Shown here piece by piece: positions 50,684-64,000 of a stretch of 64,000 nt of DNA. Position numbers and translations under genes: made by a program. The notes under the pieces were generated by a model. It worked only from the letters and a program-made list of their open reading frames with translations. It ran no database searches and was not told the origin of the DNA. Origin of the DNA: Neolecta irregularis DAH-3 (lineage: Eukaryota); contig LXFE01004217.1 of assembly GCA_001929475.1 (NCBI GenBank), positions 1 through 64,000 on the forward strand, read 5' to 3'. The first letter of the stretch is position 1; each line of letters begins with the position of its first letter.

Positions 50684-50788
50684 CTTTATCTGCTGTAGAT
50701 ATATATATTGAACACATCTGCCCTTTTCTCAAAGACCTGGGTTCTAGTTTATCTGCTGTACATATATATATATATATTGAACATATCT
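50658..50788 (+). repeat. Tandem ~65-bp duplication of the IMG2 3' end containing a (TA)n microsatellite
   Basis: 50658-50719 and 50723-50788 are near-identical, differing by small indels and TA count. Confidence 0.92.
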
Positions 50789-53468
50789 ACACTGCGTCCA
50801 TGTCCGCCTCCTCCTCGCAGTCCTCTTCAGCCCGCCGCGGCACCAAAGTCTCGCCCACAACCATACCCAGCGCCTCCAGGAGCACCGTGTCTTCTGCCGG
50901 CCCCGTCAGCACAGCCAAGTACATTTGCGTCGACAGCCCGCCCCGCAGCTGCAACGGCTCGTCTGTCCCGCGAGAAACAACAGTCTTGCTTACTAGCCCA
51001 TGAATCACCTTGGAGATCCGGTTGAGGGCAGAGCGCTGGCCATCATCCACACCACCAGGAATAAACGACGCCCGTGACAGACTGTTGCCCTGTACTAACT
51101 GTAGCAACCGCCGAATCAGACTGTCAGTATTGAGCCATAACTCTGCAAGTCCGCTTTCCGGCGGCAGCAACTGCACCAGCACATCCAACGCAAGTGCTGC
51201 CAGCCCAACGAGAGGGAGCTGCTCCTCCCATATCGCCCGGATAGGCATAGAAGGAGACTCCAGCAACGGCGATACTGCCATTGAAAACAGCCTGGTGTGC
51301 TGCAGCGGATTACTCGATAGAATCAAGGCCAGAATCTGCCGGTTCGGTACGTCTCGTGCAAGCAGTCTCGCCAGCACTTCGATCGCCGGGGGCAAATACG
51401 GATTGAATTCAGGAAAGTATTCAGGATAATGCAAATCTTCCAACGTAATCGGTCTCGGCGAGCAAGGCGCAAAAATTAATATTAGGTCCAGGTAGGCTGC
51501 CAATGACTCCTTGTCATTCATTTTCATAGCATGCGAAATGTTTGCGAGAAACACAAGCGAATCCTTGGAAATTTCCAAGGCTATCTGAGATTTCCCAATG
51601 TAAAACTCGAGACTCGATGAACGTAAATAGTCGACCAGTTTTACAAATATCCGCAGCGTTCTTGAACTCGTGGCAAGTATTTCCATATTGAAAGCAAAAA
51701 ATGAAAGATTGCGCATTATCGTAGTAAGGGCCTCAAGCCGATCAAGAGCAACCCTCCTCCGAGTCTCTTTCAAAGTCTGAGCAGGCGGCGACAAATCCAG
51801 AATCTCTTGAGCTGCCATATCGAGAAAATCTTCATAATCGTAAGGTATCCCGGATTCCGTCGTTGCTAATACAAAAGAAGCCAGAATTTCCATTTCAGAC
51901 TCTATCACATCCAACAGTGCATCCAAAAGATCTCGGCATTCACTCAAAGGTATCGAACATCTTGGATCGCCCATGATTACCGACAACGAATCAATAGCTA
52001 CACTAACTTCACCAAGCAGCCCGGATTGCAGACTCATCGTGAGCGCTTGAACATTGATACTCGCCAGCTCCATAATTCCATAAGGATGGTCTCGAACTCG
52101 TTCAAGCTCTGATGATAGACGAGCCATGGTTTCAATATCCAGGCCCCCATATGTCTGAGGAACATGTTTACGAGGTTTGTATTCTTTCGGAGGAGCAGGC
52201 TCATCCGGTTCATTCTCTAGTTTCTTTACTGATTCTAGTTCAACCGGGATTGATTGTGACGGGCTTCTGGAACCAGAGACTCCAGAACTTGGCGGCGGCG
52301 GCGATACAGGTTCTACTTTCATGGATTTTGGGTGGGCGTGATCGGAAGCAGTGGTAGGTTTTGGAGGTTGAGAGTCTCTGGGTGACCCGGCTGTTTGAAT
52401 ATTGGGTGATAGTGCACCCTGACTAGTGGACGTTGATTGTTGCAATCGATTTTGAGGAATAGATTGCATCTTGACTGCGTGTTGCCGCTGCATCATATGC
52501 TCTTCAAAAGGTCCGAGGTAGGTACTGAAGTAGGTCGAAAGAATCTCTCCATCAGACTCGGTGAAACCCATCTTTTGAGCGAATGTTGGCCATAAATTCT
52601 GAGCCGTTACGGACTTTGACCCTCCACTTCTTGAGACGGCAATAAATAACTGGGGCAGATTGACGGCCTTGTTCCCTATAGAAGGCATATTGGTGATCGG
52701 AGTGCCTCGTTTGCTCATAAACTCCATCAGAGATCGCATGAAAGCAGCGTAGTCGTTTTTTGGGTTATGAATAGGCGGCGGCCTAGAATGCTGCATGGGC
52801 TGCTGTGGCTGTACATTGGAAATCTGCGGACGACTCATGTGTGGAGAATGGTTGGTCTGCTGGGCGGTCAATTGATTGGGTGGCCTTGTGATCGAGTGAG
52901 GATGGTTTTGCGGTGACCGGGTGGCAGCTAGCCCCATACTGCTTCTAGGAAGGGCCATCGCCTGACCGGGAGGACTTTGTGAAGGTCGGCCTGAGTTGTG
53001 ATTTGACTGAAACGGCGAATTCACGCGCCCCTGAGAGGGAAGATTTTGATATGCAGCGGCAGGGTTATAATGATGGAACTGAGGATTTATAAATTGTTGC
53101 TGGGGAGTTTGAATGGGAGCGCTGCTAATAGTTTGTGATTGCTGCTGCTGGGATGCCAGTTGTTGCACGTTTATGCTATTTAGCGTCAGTATCTTCCAGC
53201 GAATTTCTGTGCCGAATCCTTCGTCCACCATATCTAAACCAGTGTATTTGTGTATAATGTCTTCTAGCCTGAAGATCATCCACTAAGGAAAGATATTCAA
53301 CAGGATACGAAGGATGAACAAACGAAAGACGTACCCCTGAGGCGCGTAGTTTTGATCAAAGGTCTGAAATGGCATATTCCCCGGTTGCTGCTGTTGTTGG
53401 TTGACATCACGCTGGCGCTTGTACTGATTATAACCAGAATACATGTTGAGATAATCCTGTTGATCCAT
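50787..53468 (-). CDS. SWI1: SWI/SNF ARID subunit Swi1/Sol1
   Basis: Q/P-rich N-terminus, ARID (FMSKRGTPI...VNLPQLF...GGSKSV...W), TYGGLD, LTMSLQSG and MRNLSF. Confidence 0.88.
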
Positions 53469-53544
53469 TTGTATTAATTGTGGGTGGAGGAGGGTTGAAA
53501 TTACAGCTATTGCACCCCAAAAATTGAATTTTGCCTTTACCACA

Positions 53545-54919
53545 ATGTCGACTTCGATAATTTCTGCCCAGGATCCGCTGAAAAGCATTCAAGCAGAAGA
53601 TCAAGAGGATCTTTACTCAAAACTCAAGCGACTACAAAAACATCTCGAATTCATCAACCGTAAGCTAATATTTCCCACGCTTACGCAATATGTTGCCAAC
53701 ATTCTATAGTTCAAGAAGAATACATCAAAGACGAACAGCGCAATCTGAAGCGCGAACTTGTCCGGGCTCAGGAAGAAGTTAAGCGAATCCAGTCCGTACC
53801 ACTCGTGATAGGCCAATTCCTCGAACCGATAGACCAACATACCGGCATAGTTGCTTCCACCACTGGTTCAAATTACGTAGTCCGAATCCTGTCCACTCTT
53901 GACAGAGAACTCCTTAAACCATCGTCTTCTGTTGCTCTTCATAGACATTCAAATGCTCTTGTCGACATCTTGCCTCCCGAGGCCGATTCTTCAATTGCCA
54001 TGCTCGGAGCGGAGGAAAAACCCGATGTTTCTTATCAGGATGTAGGTGGTCTCGATATGCAGAAACAAGAAATCAGAGAAGCGGTCGAACTCCCATTGAC
54101 ACATGCAGAATTGTATCGATCAATTGGTATAATGTATATTACTACCAGAACTAATATATCTAGGTATCGATCCTCCACGAGGTGTGCTATTGTATGGTCC
54201 ACCTGGTACTGGGAAGACTATGCTAGTAAAGGCTGTTGCCAACAGCACCACTGCATCATTCATTCGTGTCGTTGGCTCTGAATTTGTTCAAAAATATCTA
54301 GGTGAAGGTCCTCGTATGGTGAGAGATGTCTTCAGATTAGCCCGTGAAAATTCTCCTGCAATCATATTCATTGATGAAATTGACGCGATTGCAACCAAAC
54401 GATTCGATGCACAGACGGGTGCTGACAGAGAGGTGCAACGCATCTTGCTCGAACTACTCAACCAAATGGATGGTTTTGATCAAACTTCAAATGTCAAAGT
54501 ATTGTTTTCATTCACATCTTCATTTATTAATCGAAAAGGTGATTATGGCCACGAATCGAGCTGATACACTGGATCCGGCTCTTCTTCGTCCTGGCCGGTT
54601 GGATCGAAAAATTGAATTTCCCTCGCTTCGAGATAGACGTCAGCGACGGTTGATCTTTTCAACGATTGCAGGGAAAATGTCTCTTTCGCCAGAAGTCGAC
54701 CTGGATACATTTATCCTTCGTCCAGATGCCGCATCTGGCGCAATGATTGCTGCTATTATGCAGGAAGCAGGACTTCAAGCAGTGCGGAAGAATCGATATG
54801 TCATCATTCAGGCAGATGTTGAGGACGCCTATAGAACTGTCGTCAAGCCTGACACTTCTGTGTTTGATTTCTGTATGGTTCCATCCTTGGTTTCATTACT
54901 TACCTTTCAAGACAAGTAA
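53545..54919 (+). CDS. RPT3: 26S proteasome AAA-ATPase Rpt3
   Basis: [39 protein letters not shown] and [17 protein letters not shown]. Confidence 0.96.
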
Positions 54920-55039
54920 TCTGGACAAAAGCAAAAGCAAGGTTTATTGAGGGTATTCATTTGGGTATTCAATAAAGCATTATAGGATACAAATGACAAC
55001 AATTCACTCTACCAGTTCAAATTGAAACGTTGTATTTGA

Positions 55040-56643
55040 TTAGCTGCCCACCTCCACCTTTGGTTTTTTAACCTTTTTGTCCTTTTTCGACTTTTTGGGT
55101 TTCTCCTCCTCCTCATCAGCTATTGATTTCCTCTTTCTCTTTTTCTCCTTTTTAGAGGATTTAACATCCACTTCTTCATCAGAGTCCTTCGTTTCAATAT
55201 CAGTCCGAGCGTTGGATGCAATTCCCCCTACTGATACAGAAGCAAGAACAAAGTCCATAGCTTCTCTCATAGCGTCCGCATTTTTCGTGGGTGGAACACC
55301 ACTCTCATAGAATGAAAGACGTTCTTCGACTTGTTTTCGAAGAACTTCGCCAAACTTTGTTGTAGGTGTATCTGTGAAATTATCGATTCTGCTGGCAATT
55401 GAGCATTTGTTGGCGAGAAACCTTGAAATGCGTCCTTTATTCTTCAGTCCTGCTCTCCCGATAAACGATGAATGATAAATAAGCCCATATTTGGGAGTAT
55501 TTCCCTTTGTTTTCAAGGCTCTATCAGATTAAGGCATGATCAAAGATGATATTTACCGGAAAAGTGCCTTTTCTGCTCCAAGAATCTGCAATGTGGAAGC
55601 AGGATATTTAGCAAGATTGGTCAGGCTTCCTGCATGTGAGATAAGACGGGCACCGACGACCTCTCCAATCAACTCGGCGAGATTCGGGGCGACGACGCTC
55701 ATTTTGTCGATGAGGTATATATGAAGACGTTTGCGATGGTCTGCGAGACTAACTACCCGGTCGGCAAAAGTGACAATGTTTTGGAGATCGACGTCGGATA
55801 TGTCTTGTCCCATGCTAATCTTTGCAGCGTCGATTATACTCTGGGCGATAGCAGAGTCGTCTCCGACCAGGGCAGTGATATCGTGCAAGTTTTCATCAGT
55901 CAGATTGGATTTGTTTTGAATCAAACGGGTTAAACGCGCGTATTGTTGGCTGTCAGCGACGAGCCTGGAGAGTTCCGGAAAATGCCAAGAATACCATTCT
56001 CTGTCGGTCAATAGACGAATAAATTATAAAACTCGCCTCATCCTCATAGAAAATGTATTGATATCTTTGTCAAGCTGATCTAACAATGCGATGGCTTGAA
56101 TGATCATATTATCGCTTCTGTTGACGTTGAACTTCACTTTTGCTCGAGAATATGAATGCCCGAGGCCCAGCTGAGCTTGAGCAAGGTCTCCGGGTTGAAG
56201 TTGCTTCAGCAGCTTTTCTCCGTGCAGGCGGACGCCTCGAAGTAGATCTTGGACAACCTCTGAAGTTTGGCATTCGATAAAAGGGAATTCAGCCTTGATA
56301 GCACAAGCAAGATTCTTGTCTGAAAGACCAAGGGCCGACTTGCTTTTCTTTTTACCTTTTGGCACATTCATCTCGAGGAACGCCTTTAGATGGTCGTTGA
56401 CAATGCCTGTCATTTAGAACTGGCATGAAACAAGGGCCTGATGCCTTCCGAGATGTCGTTTGCATTTTCCAGCGCATGAGCGGCGCTCTGGAAGGGCGCA
56501 AAACTCGTGAGTTTGACGATGCGGCCAAACTTTGCGAGATCTGCAGCGGCCGCTTGGACTTCTTTCAGCCGCGATCCAATTTCCTCCGTCTGCAGCACAT
56601 CGAACAAGCAATAGCCAGAGGCCGTTTCGTGCAGGAGTTGCAT
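55040..56643 (-). CDS. NOP56: Box C/D snoRNP protein Nop56
   Basis: [50 protein letters not shown] and a KKE/D tail. Confidence 0.95.
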
Positions 56644-56730
56644 GGGGAGGTGGGAACTGAAATTTTTCTCGGGATCAGGGTCACGTTTAGAGGCAACGCT
56701 TTTGACTCCGCCATTCTCTGAAGCAACATA

Positions 56731-58651
56731 ATGGCACTCTCGCTACTAAATGCAAAATCAGAATCATTGAGGCGGGATCAGGCGCTGCAGGTCAATATTG
56801 CAGCGGCATGTGGCCTCCAGAGCGTTCTTCGCAGCAATTTGGGCCCTTCAGGTATATTTCTACCCGCAACTACTGCTGATTGCATTACAGGAACCCTCAA
56901 AATGCAAGTGCGCCCGCCACTGCCGTATTGCTGATGTGTTTTCAGGCTTGTTGATGGTGCGGGTGCCATAAAACTGACCAAGGATGGAAAAGTACTGCTG
57001 GCTGAAATGGTGCGTCGCTGGCCACTGGCTTCCTTGCTGCTGCTGATTGTGTTTTCACAGCAAATCACCAATCCAACGGCCCTCATGATTGCCAAGGCTG
57101 CCACCGCACAGGACGAGGTCGCAGGCGATGGCACTACCTCAGTCTGTCTTCTGGTTGGAGAGCTCCTCAGGCAAGCAGAGCGATATATTTCTGAAGGTCT
57201 GCATCCTCGTGTCGTCGTAGAAGGCTTTGACTTGGCCAAGAAAGAAGCACTCGATGTGAGCCGTTAAACTGTTGGTTCTGCTAATGCAAAGTTTCTTGAC
57301 AAATTCAAAGTCGAAAAAGAAATAGATAGGGAATTACTCCTACAAGTTGCTCGCACGTCACTTTCAACAAAGATCAACAGTCGTCTCGCAGGGTCCTTAA
57401 CTGCGGGCATTGTGGATGCCGTTTTGGCAGTACATGAGCCTCCTAAGCCCATTGATCTTCATATGGTTGAAATTATGAAGATGCAACACCGTGATGCAGC
57501 AGAGACACGTCTGATCAAAGGTCTATGCCTTGATCACGGTGCACGTCACCCGGACATGCCAAAAAGAGTAGAGAATGCGTATATCCTCACTCTGAATGTA
57601 TCGCTTGAATACGAAAAGAGTGAAGTCAATTCAGGCATCTACTATAGTACTGCTGGGCAGCGCGAGAAGCTCATTGAAAGCGAAAGACGTTTTGTTGATG
57701 ACAAGCTCCGAAAAATTGTGGAATTAAAAAAACACGTTTGCGGAAATGATTTAAAGAAAAATTTTGTGGTCATCAACCAGAAAGGTATCGACCCGTTGTC
57801 CTTGGATGTACTTCAGAAAAATGGAATCCTTGCCCTTCGACGAGCAAAGCGTAGAAATATGGAAAGGTATGACGAAATTAATCTCGTGAGCTTATGTTAC
57901 AGACTTCAGCTAGTGTGCGGAGGTGTTGCTCAAAACAGTGTCGATGACCTCACACCTGAGGTGCTCGGGTGGGCGGGGTTGGTTTACGAACAGACTCTTG
58001 GAGAAGAAAAGTACACTTTTGTTGAAGAAGTGAAGGATCCCAAATCAGTTACACTCTTAATCAAAGGTGCGACTCGAGATCCTAATTTTGCTGAAACGCA
58101 GGTCCTAACGCCCATACCATTACTCAGATACAAGAGGCGGTTCGTGATGGTTGTTTCAGCTCCTTCCTTATTTACTGAGTCTTAGGTCTCCGTGCTGTTA
58201 AGAACGCTATTGAAGATAAATGCGTTGTTCCGGGGGCTGGAGCTTTTGAAATCGCATGTGCGGCTCACCTTTCCGGTGACTTCAAACGCAAGACCGCTAA
58301 AGGGCGAGCTAAGATGGGCGTCCAAGCGTTTGCCGATGCCCTTCTCATTTTGCCCAAAACACTGGCTGCAAATGCTGGATTTGACACGCAGGAAGTCATT
58401 GTGGCTCTCCAGGACGAATGTGCCTCGGCTCACGTTGCGGGAGTCGACCTTCGGACCGGAGAACCTATGGACCCAGCCGTTGAAGGCATTTGGGACAACT
58501 ATCGTGTGAAACGTCATGCTCTGCACAGTTGCAGTGTTATTGCCTCCAATCTGTTGAGCGTAGACGAGATTATGAGGTTTGTGCCATACTTGTGGCCACT
58601 ACTGACTGGTTCAGAGCAGGGCGTTCAAGTCTCAAAGAAGGAGGCCACTAG
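56731..58651 (+). CDS. CCT6: Chaperonin CCT/TRiC subunit zeta
   Basis: [47 protein letters not shown] and RAGRSSLK. Confidence 0.96.
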
Positions 58652-58867
58652 TCGTAGATTTAGACTTATATACAATTTTAAACCTCGGTCGCCTAGTACA
58701 TCTTTTTCTTGCACTGGACATTTTCATGTTAGACCGTGCTCGGCCTGCGACGGGTTTCACAACACCGCAACTCCATAAAAGACAGATATCGCTCCTTACG
58801 TTCCTTTCTCAAAATTTTGCCTACTTTCCTTCGGATCAATCGATCCAGTGTCACTACCATTCGCGAT

Positions 58868-59680
58868 ATGTCTCATCCTATTAAAGTCGTTGTTCTAGGT
58901 GAGGGTGCCGTTGGTAAATCCGCTGTGACGATGAGTTTAATACGTTCGCGTTTTGTGACTGAATAGTACTCCAATGTCATGGCCGATGCTGATACAGCAG
59001 TGATCCTACAATTGAGGACTCCTACTCAACATCCCGAACCATTGAAGGTGTAGAATACAGATTAGACATCCTTGATACCGCGGGGCAGTATGAATACCGA
59101 GGTTCTAACTGACTTTTGACTGACTAACTAACAAGAAAGGTCTTTTTGCGGCACAACATCTGACCTCTGCAGACGCCTTTCTTTTGGTATATGGTACGAT
59201 TTCGCTTCATTTCTTTATATCTGAGAGACAGACATAACCTCACCTGATAGTCTCCTTGCTCTTGAAGAGTTCAACGATATGATCTGCGCCTCAAGTGAGG
59301 CAGAAGCCGAAGCCCGCGGCGACCAGTTCTTACACCCTGTTCGAATCGTTGTTGGTAACAAATGCGATTTGGCAAGTGAGCGGAAAATAGTCAGTGGGGA
59401 TGGTCTGAGTTGGGCCAGAGGGAAAGGCTGTTATTTCATGGAGACATCGGCGAAGCTCCGCGTATAATGCTCATGAAAAAAACAAAAGTTTGACAGCAAG
59501 GTCAACATTGAAGAAACGTTTGCTCTTCTCGTTCGAAGAGTCGTCGAACAACGCCAAATACAAGGGAACCCGATAAGAGGGCCAGTCAGTTCTTCATCAA
59601 TAGCTCACAAAGAGCACCAGTCGCTTCCAAAGATTCCATATATTGAATCAAAACGTCGAAGATTTTTATGCTTTTGCTAA
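58868..59680 (+). CDS. Atypical Ras-family small GTPase
   Basis: GEGAVGKS, YDPTIEDSY, DTAGQ, NKCDL and ETSAK, ending KRRRFLCFC*. Four introns. Confidence 0.88.
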
Positions 59681-59718
59681 TCTTTATTTTCTCGGAGTCT
59701 CTATTTTTTGCGGGTTTA

Positions 59719-60753
<1,035 letters not shown>

Positions 60754-60845
60754 CAAAGTCCGAATGCAGTCAAAAATAGCTATGTAGACCGATTGGGACT
60801 CGATAACAAGACCACGCCACGAACCAACCAGAAGGCAAAAATAGC

Positions 60846-62265
60846 ATGAGCAGTTGCAAGCAGTCATCGGCGTCGCATCATTCTCGCCAGTCCTCTATTT
60901 CTTCTCAGAGTGTTAGCATTGCTGAGCAACTGCTGCCTCAGAGCACCAGCATTTTCCACAGAGACTGGTTGTCAGTCACCGCCGCAGAACTAGTTTCCGG
61001 CCAAAATATCCGTTATGTCGACGGAGAAATGCCTGTAGAACGGGCCTGCGAGATGCTCGTTGATCAGAATTTCTATTCCCTTCCTATAAGAAGCTCTCCT
61101 TCTGACCACCGTGTAATTCGAACCTTTGACTATTCGGACGTGATCACCTTTCTCCTGCGAATCTTGGGCCATGGACACAGCGCCCATGAAGAAGGGTCTA
61201 TAGACTTTAAGAAACTTGTTCGCGATGCCAAAGAAGTAGGCAAGGTGCCTATTCGTCTGGTTGGCGATCTGGGTCCTAAGAATCTTATCCCCAGTCTCGA
61301 AGCTTCCAGCTCTCTGGCCAAAATATTGGAGTCTTTCGGAAATGGCTTTCACCATATCGCTGTGACGCGTGATTCAGATGGTCATACAATTGGACTTTTG
61401 AATCAGAAGACTGTTTTGAGATTTCTTTGGAACAATGCTCGTTCGTTTCCGGCGATCGAGCACTTTTTCCAAAAGACGGTATTGTCTTACAATATCTGCC
61501 TACTTACCCGGAAGCTTCGCGAGTTGAATATTGTCCGGAAGAATATCATCGCTATTGCCGCAGATCGAAAAGTTATCGAGGCCTTTGAGTTACTAAGTAG
61601 GGAATAGCGCATCCAAATTGCTTATAGTCACAGATACACAAGGGATCAGTTCATTGGCTGTAGTCGATGGCGTAGAAGGTAACCTGTTGGGTAACATATC
61701 CATTGTGGATGTCAAGGTTTGATTGTTTCCGGCTCGATACTGACAGAAAGTATGTCACTCGTGCAAGATCTCTTTTGCAGACCACATGTGGTCATTTCCT
61801 CGGCGTTGTTAAATACGAGCAAGGTTGTCTACATCTATATCCACGCTTACTTTAGGCGTCGAAAGTGGTCAAGATTCATTCCCTGTGTATTCCGTATATC
61901 CCAGTTCAACTCTAGCCCATACTGTGGCCAAACTGATTGCTACTCGAGCACACCGTATGTGGATTGTTTCTCAAGGGTCACCCGCACATTCAGTGTCTTC
62001 TACCCCTGTTCTTGGGCAATCGTCTGCTAATATTGCATCTTTGCCGCAGACTAGCCAATTCATACTCTCCCCTAGTCACCCTGCTGGTTCATGTGGTGAA
62101 AAGCTACTTGGGGTCGCTTCAATCACAGACATTCTCTCTTTTTTTGCCCGAGTTGCCGGTGTTTGTGATGTTGATCCGAATGAAGCACGAAGGAAGCGAA
62201 GAGCCAGCTCAACCAGTACGGCGACAACGGTGAGCGAAAGAGCAGAAATAGTCAATCGTGGATGA
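60846..62265 (+). CDS. sds23: CBS-domain protein Sds23/Sds24
   Basis: TFDYSD, FLWNNARSF, GNISIVDVK, and DSFPVY...STLAHTVAKLIATRAHRMW. Confidence 0.88.
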
Positions 62266-62368
62266 ATTTCCTGGTGTTTTGTGTATTCTTTCTACTAGCA
62301 ATGATAATTTGCAATTTTTACTATTTCGAACCACAAAAATTTCCAACCCAGCCTAAATCCCCCATGCA

Positions 62369-63429
62369 ATGTTAATATCGCGTCCATTCTTTCGAAATTC
62401 CTTTCAAGAATTAACAGAAATCTCTCGGCGGTTTTTTTCGGCATCTTGTACTTTATCCTTGGAGTCGCAACCAACAACGACAGAGGATTTGAATTCCTCG
62501 AGCATCGCCGATAACGAGGAATCAAAAAACGACACCACTCAGGATCTACTCAGCGATAAGGAGCTGTGGGATAGGAAAAAAAGGGCAGGTTGATATTCTT
62601 TAAAAAGTCGATGCTGATTGAAGATTCTCAGTATGACAAGTGGGAATTTAAGTGCCCTACTACATTACATCGACCGTTTACAAGAGTAAAGCATCCGACT
62701 GGACCTGCGGATTTGACTTTGGCTCTTCTCCTTGCTTCTCAAGCCCATCTTGGCCATTCTCCATCACTATGGAATACGAAAACTCAAGCGTACATTTACG
62801 GAATACGTCAGGGCGTTCATATTATTTCGCTTGATGCAACTCTATCTCACCTAAAATTGGCGGCTTCTGTGGTTCGTGGAGTTTCTGCTAATGGTGGGTT
62901 GATTCTATTCGTTGGGACCAGATCGGGTCAGGATCAGGCCATAGTTGGAGCAGCCCGACGTACTGGAGGTTATCATCTTTTCCATCGATGGTTACCTGGA
63001 GCCATCACGAACGGAGAATACGTTATAGGAAGAGGTCGTCTCAAGGCCGAGCCCGTAGATCCAAGAAAACTTGAATTTGGTCTGCCCCCGCAGCCACCAG
63101 TTATTCCCAAAGCCCTGAAACCGGATCTTGTTGTCATCATGAATCCACTTGAGAATCACGTTCTTTTACGAGAATGCACCGCTCATAGGATACCTACTAT
63201 TGGCATTATCGATACTAATGCAGATCCGTCTCTGGTCACATACGCCATTCCTGCGAACGATGACAGTCTTCGATGTGTCGAAGTAATTGCTGGAACCCTT
63301 GGTCGTGCCGGCGAGGATGGCCGTCTCGAACGCGAAGCCAGGGATAAGAGACGGAACATGAGGATAGCTATGAAGGAAATCAAAGCCGTAGACGGAAAAG
63401 TTACTATTAGAGTGGCAGAACATGCTTAG
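62369..63429 (+). CDS. MRP4: Mitochondrial ribosomal protein uS2m
   Basis: Presequence, AHLGHS...YIYGIRQGVHIISL, RWLPGAITN, PDLVV and IPANDDS. One intron near 62589-62630. Confidence 0.93.
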
Positions 63430-63436
63430 ATATTAT

Positions 63437-64000
63437 TCATTGATTCTGTGATTGCCCAATAGTTTTAAGAGTCTTTTTGAATTCTTTGAAATGCCCATGA
63501 CTTGTGCGAGTAGCAATTCCTTGATATCGCACAATTTCAAGATACAAATCGGGATTTTTATAAGAACCCGGGGGACCATTAAACCCGGCTTTATTCATCA
63601 GATTGTCGAGTGTTTCTTCCTTGGTCCAGCCTTGCTCTGGGGCTACTTCCGGGAGATAAGTGGATGACTTTCTGCGGCCTGGTATCAGCGTGAGGGAATG
63701 ACGCCCAGACCATTGTATTTAAAGGTAATCCGCAGTCCGTGTGTGCCCACAGTCCAGTCCATAGGATCGTCGACTCTCTCAAAGTGAAGCAGAAACGTGA
63801 CACTGTACAGACGTTGAGAAGTACTCTATGAGCAAGTATACCAACACTCGAGGGAATAGACTTCTTCTTTGGTCAGGGGAGGGAAACGATTGTCTTCAAA
63901 TGCTCTAAAGAATAAGCATGGCATATAAGAACGACTGACGCAGCTACTGCGTATGTTTTAAGGCCGGCTTCGACAGGGAGTGGTTCAAACGTTCCAATAC
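63437..64000 (-). CDS. AMMECR1-domain protein (5' end outside the window)
   Basis: Spliced translation IGTFEP...AFEDNRFPP...DWTVGTHGLRI...TYLPEVAPEQGWTKEET...KAGF. Confidence 0.88.

Noticed and set aside
8831-56643. Possible functional cluster (RRN3/GAR1/NOP56; RPN9/RPT3)
   Set aside because: Widely spaced among unrelated housekeeping genes, as expected by chance.

Overview
Ultra-compact, intron-rich ascomycete fungal genomic DNA with about 36 protein genes in 64 kb. Introns are mostly 35-50 nt and many intergenic gaps are under 100 bp. Gene content combines fission-yeast-like genes (nak1, scm3, sol1/SWI1, sds23, LSD1-HMG) with complex I, a Grainyhead/CP2 factor, BNA6 and an atypical Ras. 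This suggests an early-diverging ascomycete (Taphrinomycotina, possibly Neolecta; inference only). Most genes are housekeeping. The main candidate discovery is a ~680-nt, densely self-complementary non-coding segment (25680-26365). It has an upstream TATA, a telomere-template-like CTAACCCCTAA directly after a long stem, a possible pseudoknot and Sm-like sites, consistent with a candidate telomerase RNA. Other points: two small spliced genes invisible in the ORF track (77 aa and 63 aa); relaxed splice signals (GAG/AAG acceptors, five GC donors, one apparent GA donor); a hairpin-containing long intron in SWI1; a probably dual-targeted ThrRS; and a near-identical second copy of part of MRP4 next to an assembly gap. 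All gene models were spliced by eye and family assignments come from recognised motifs, not database searches.
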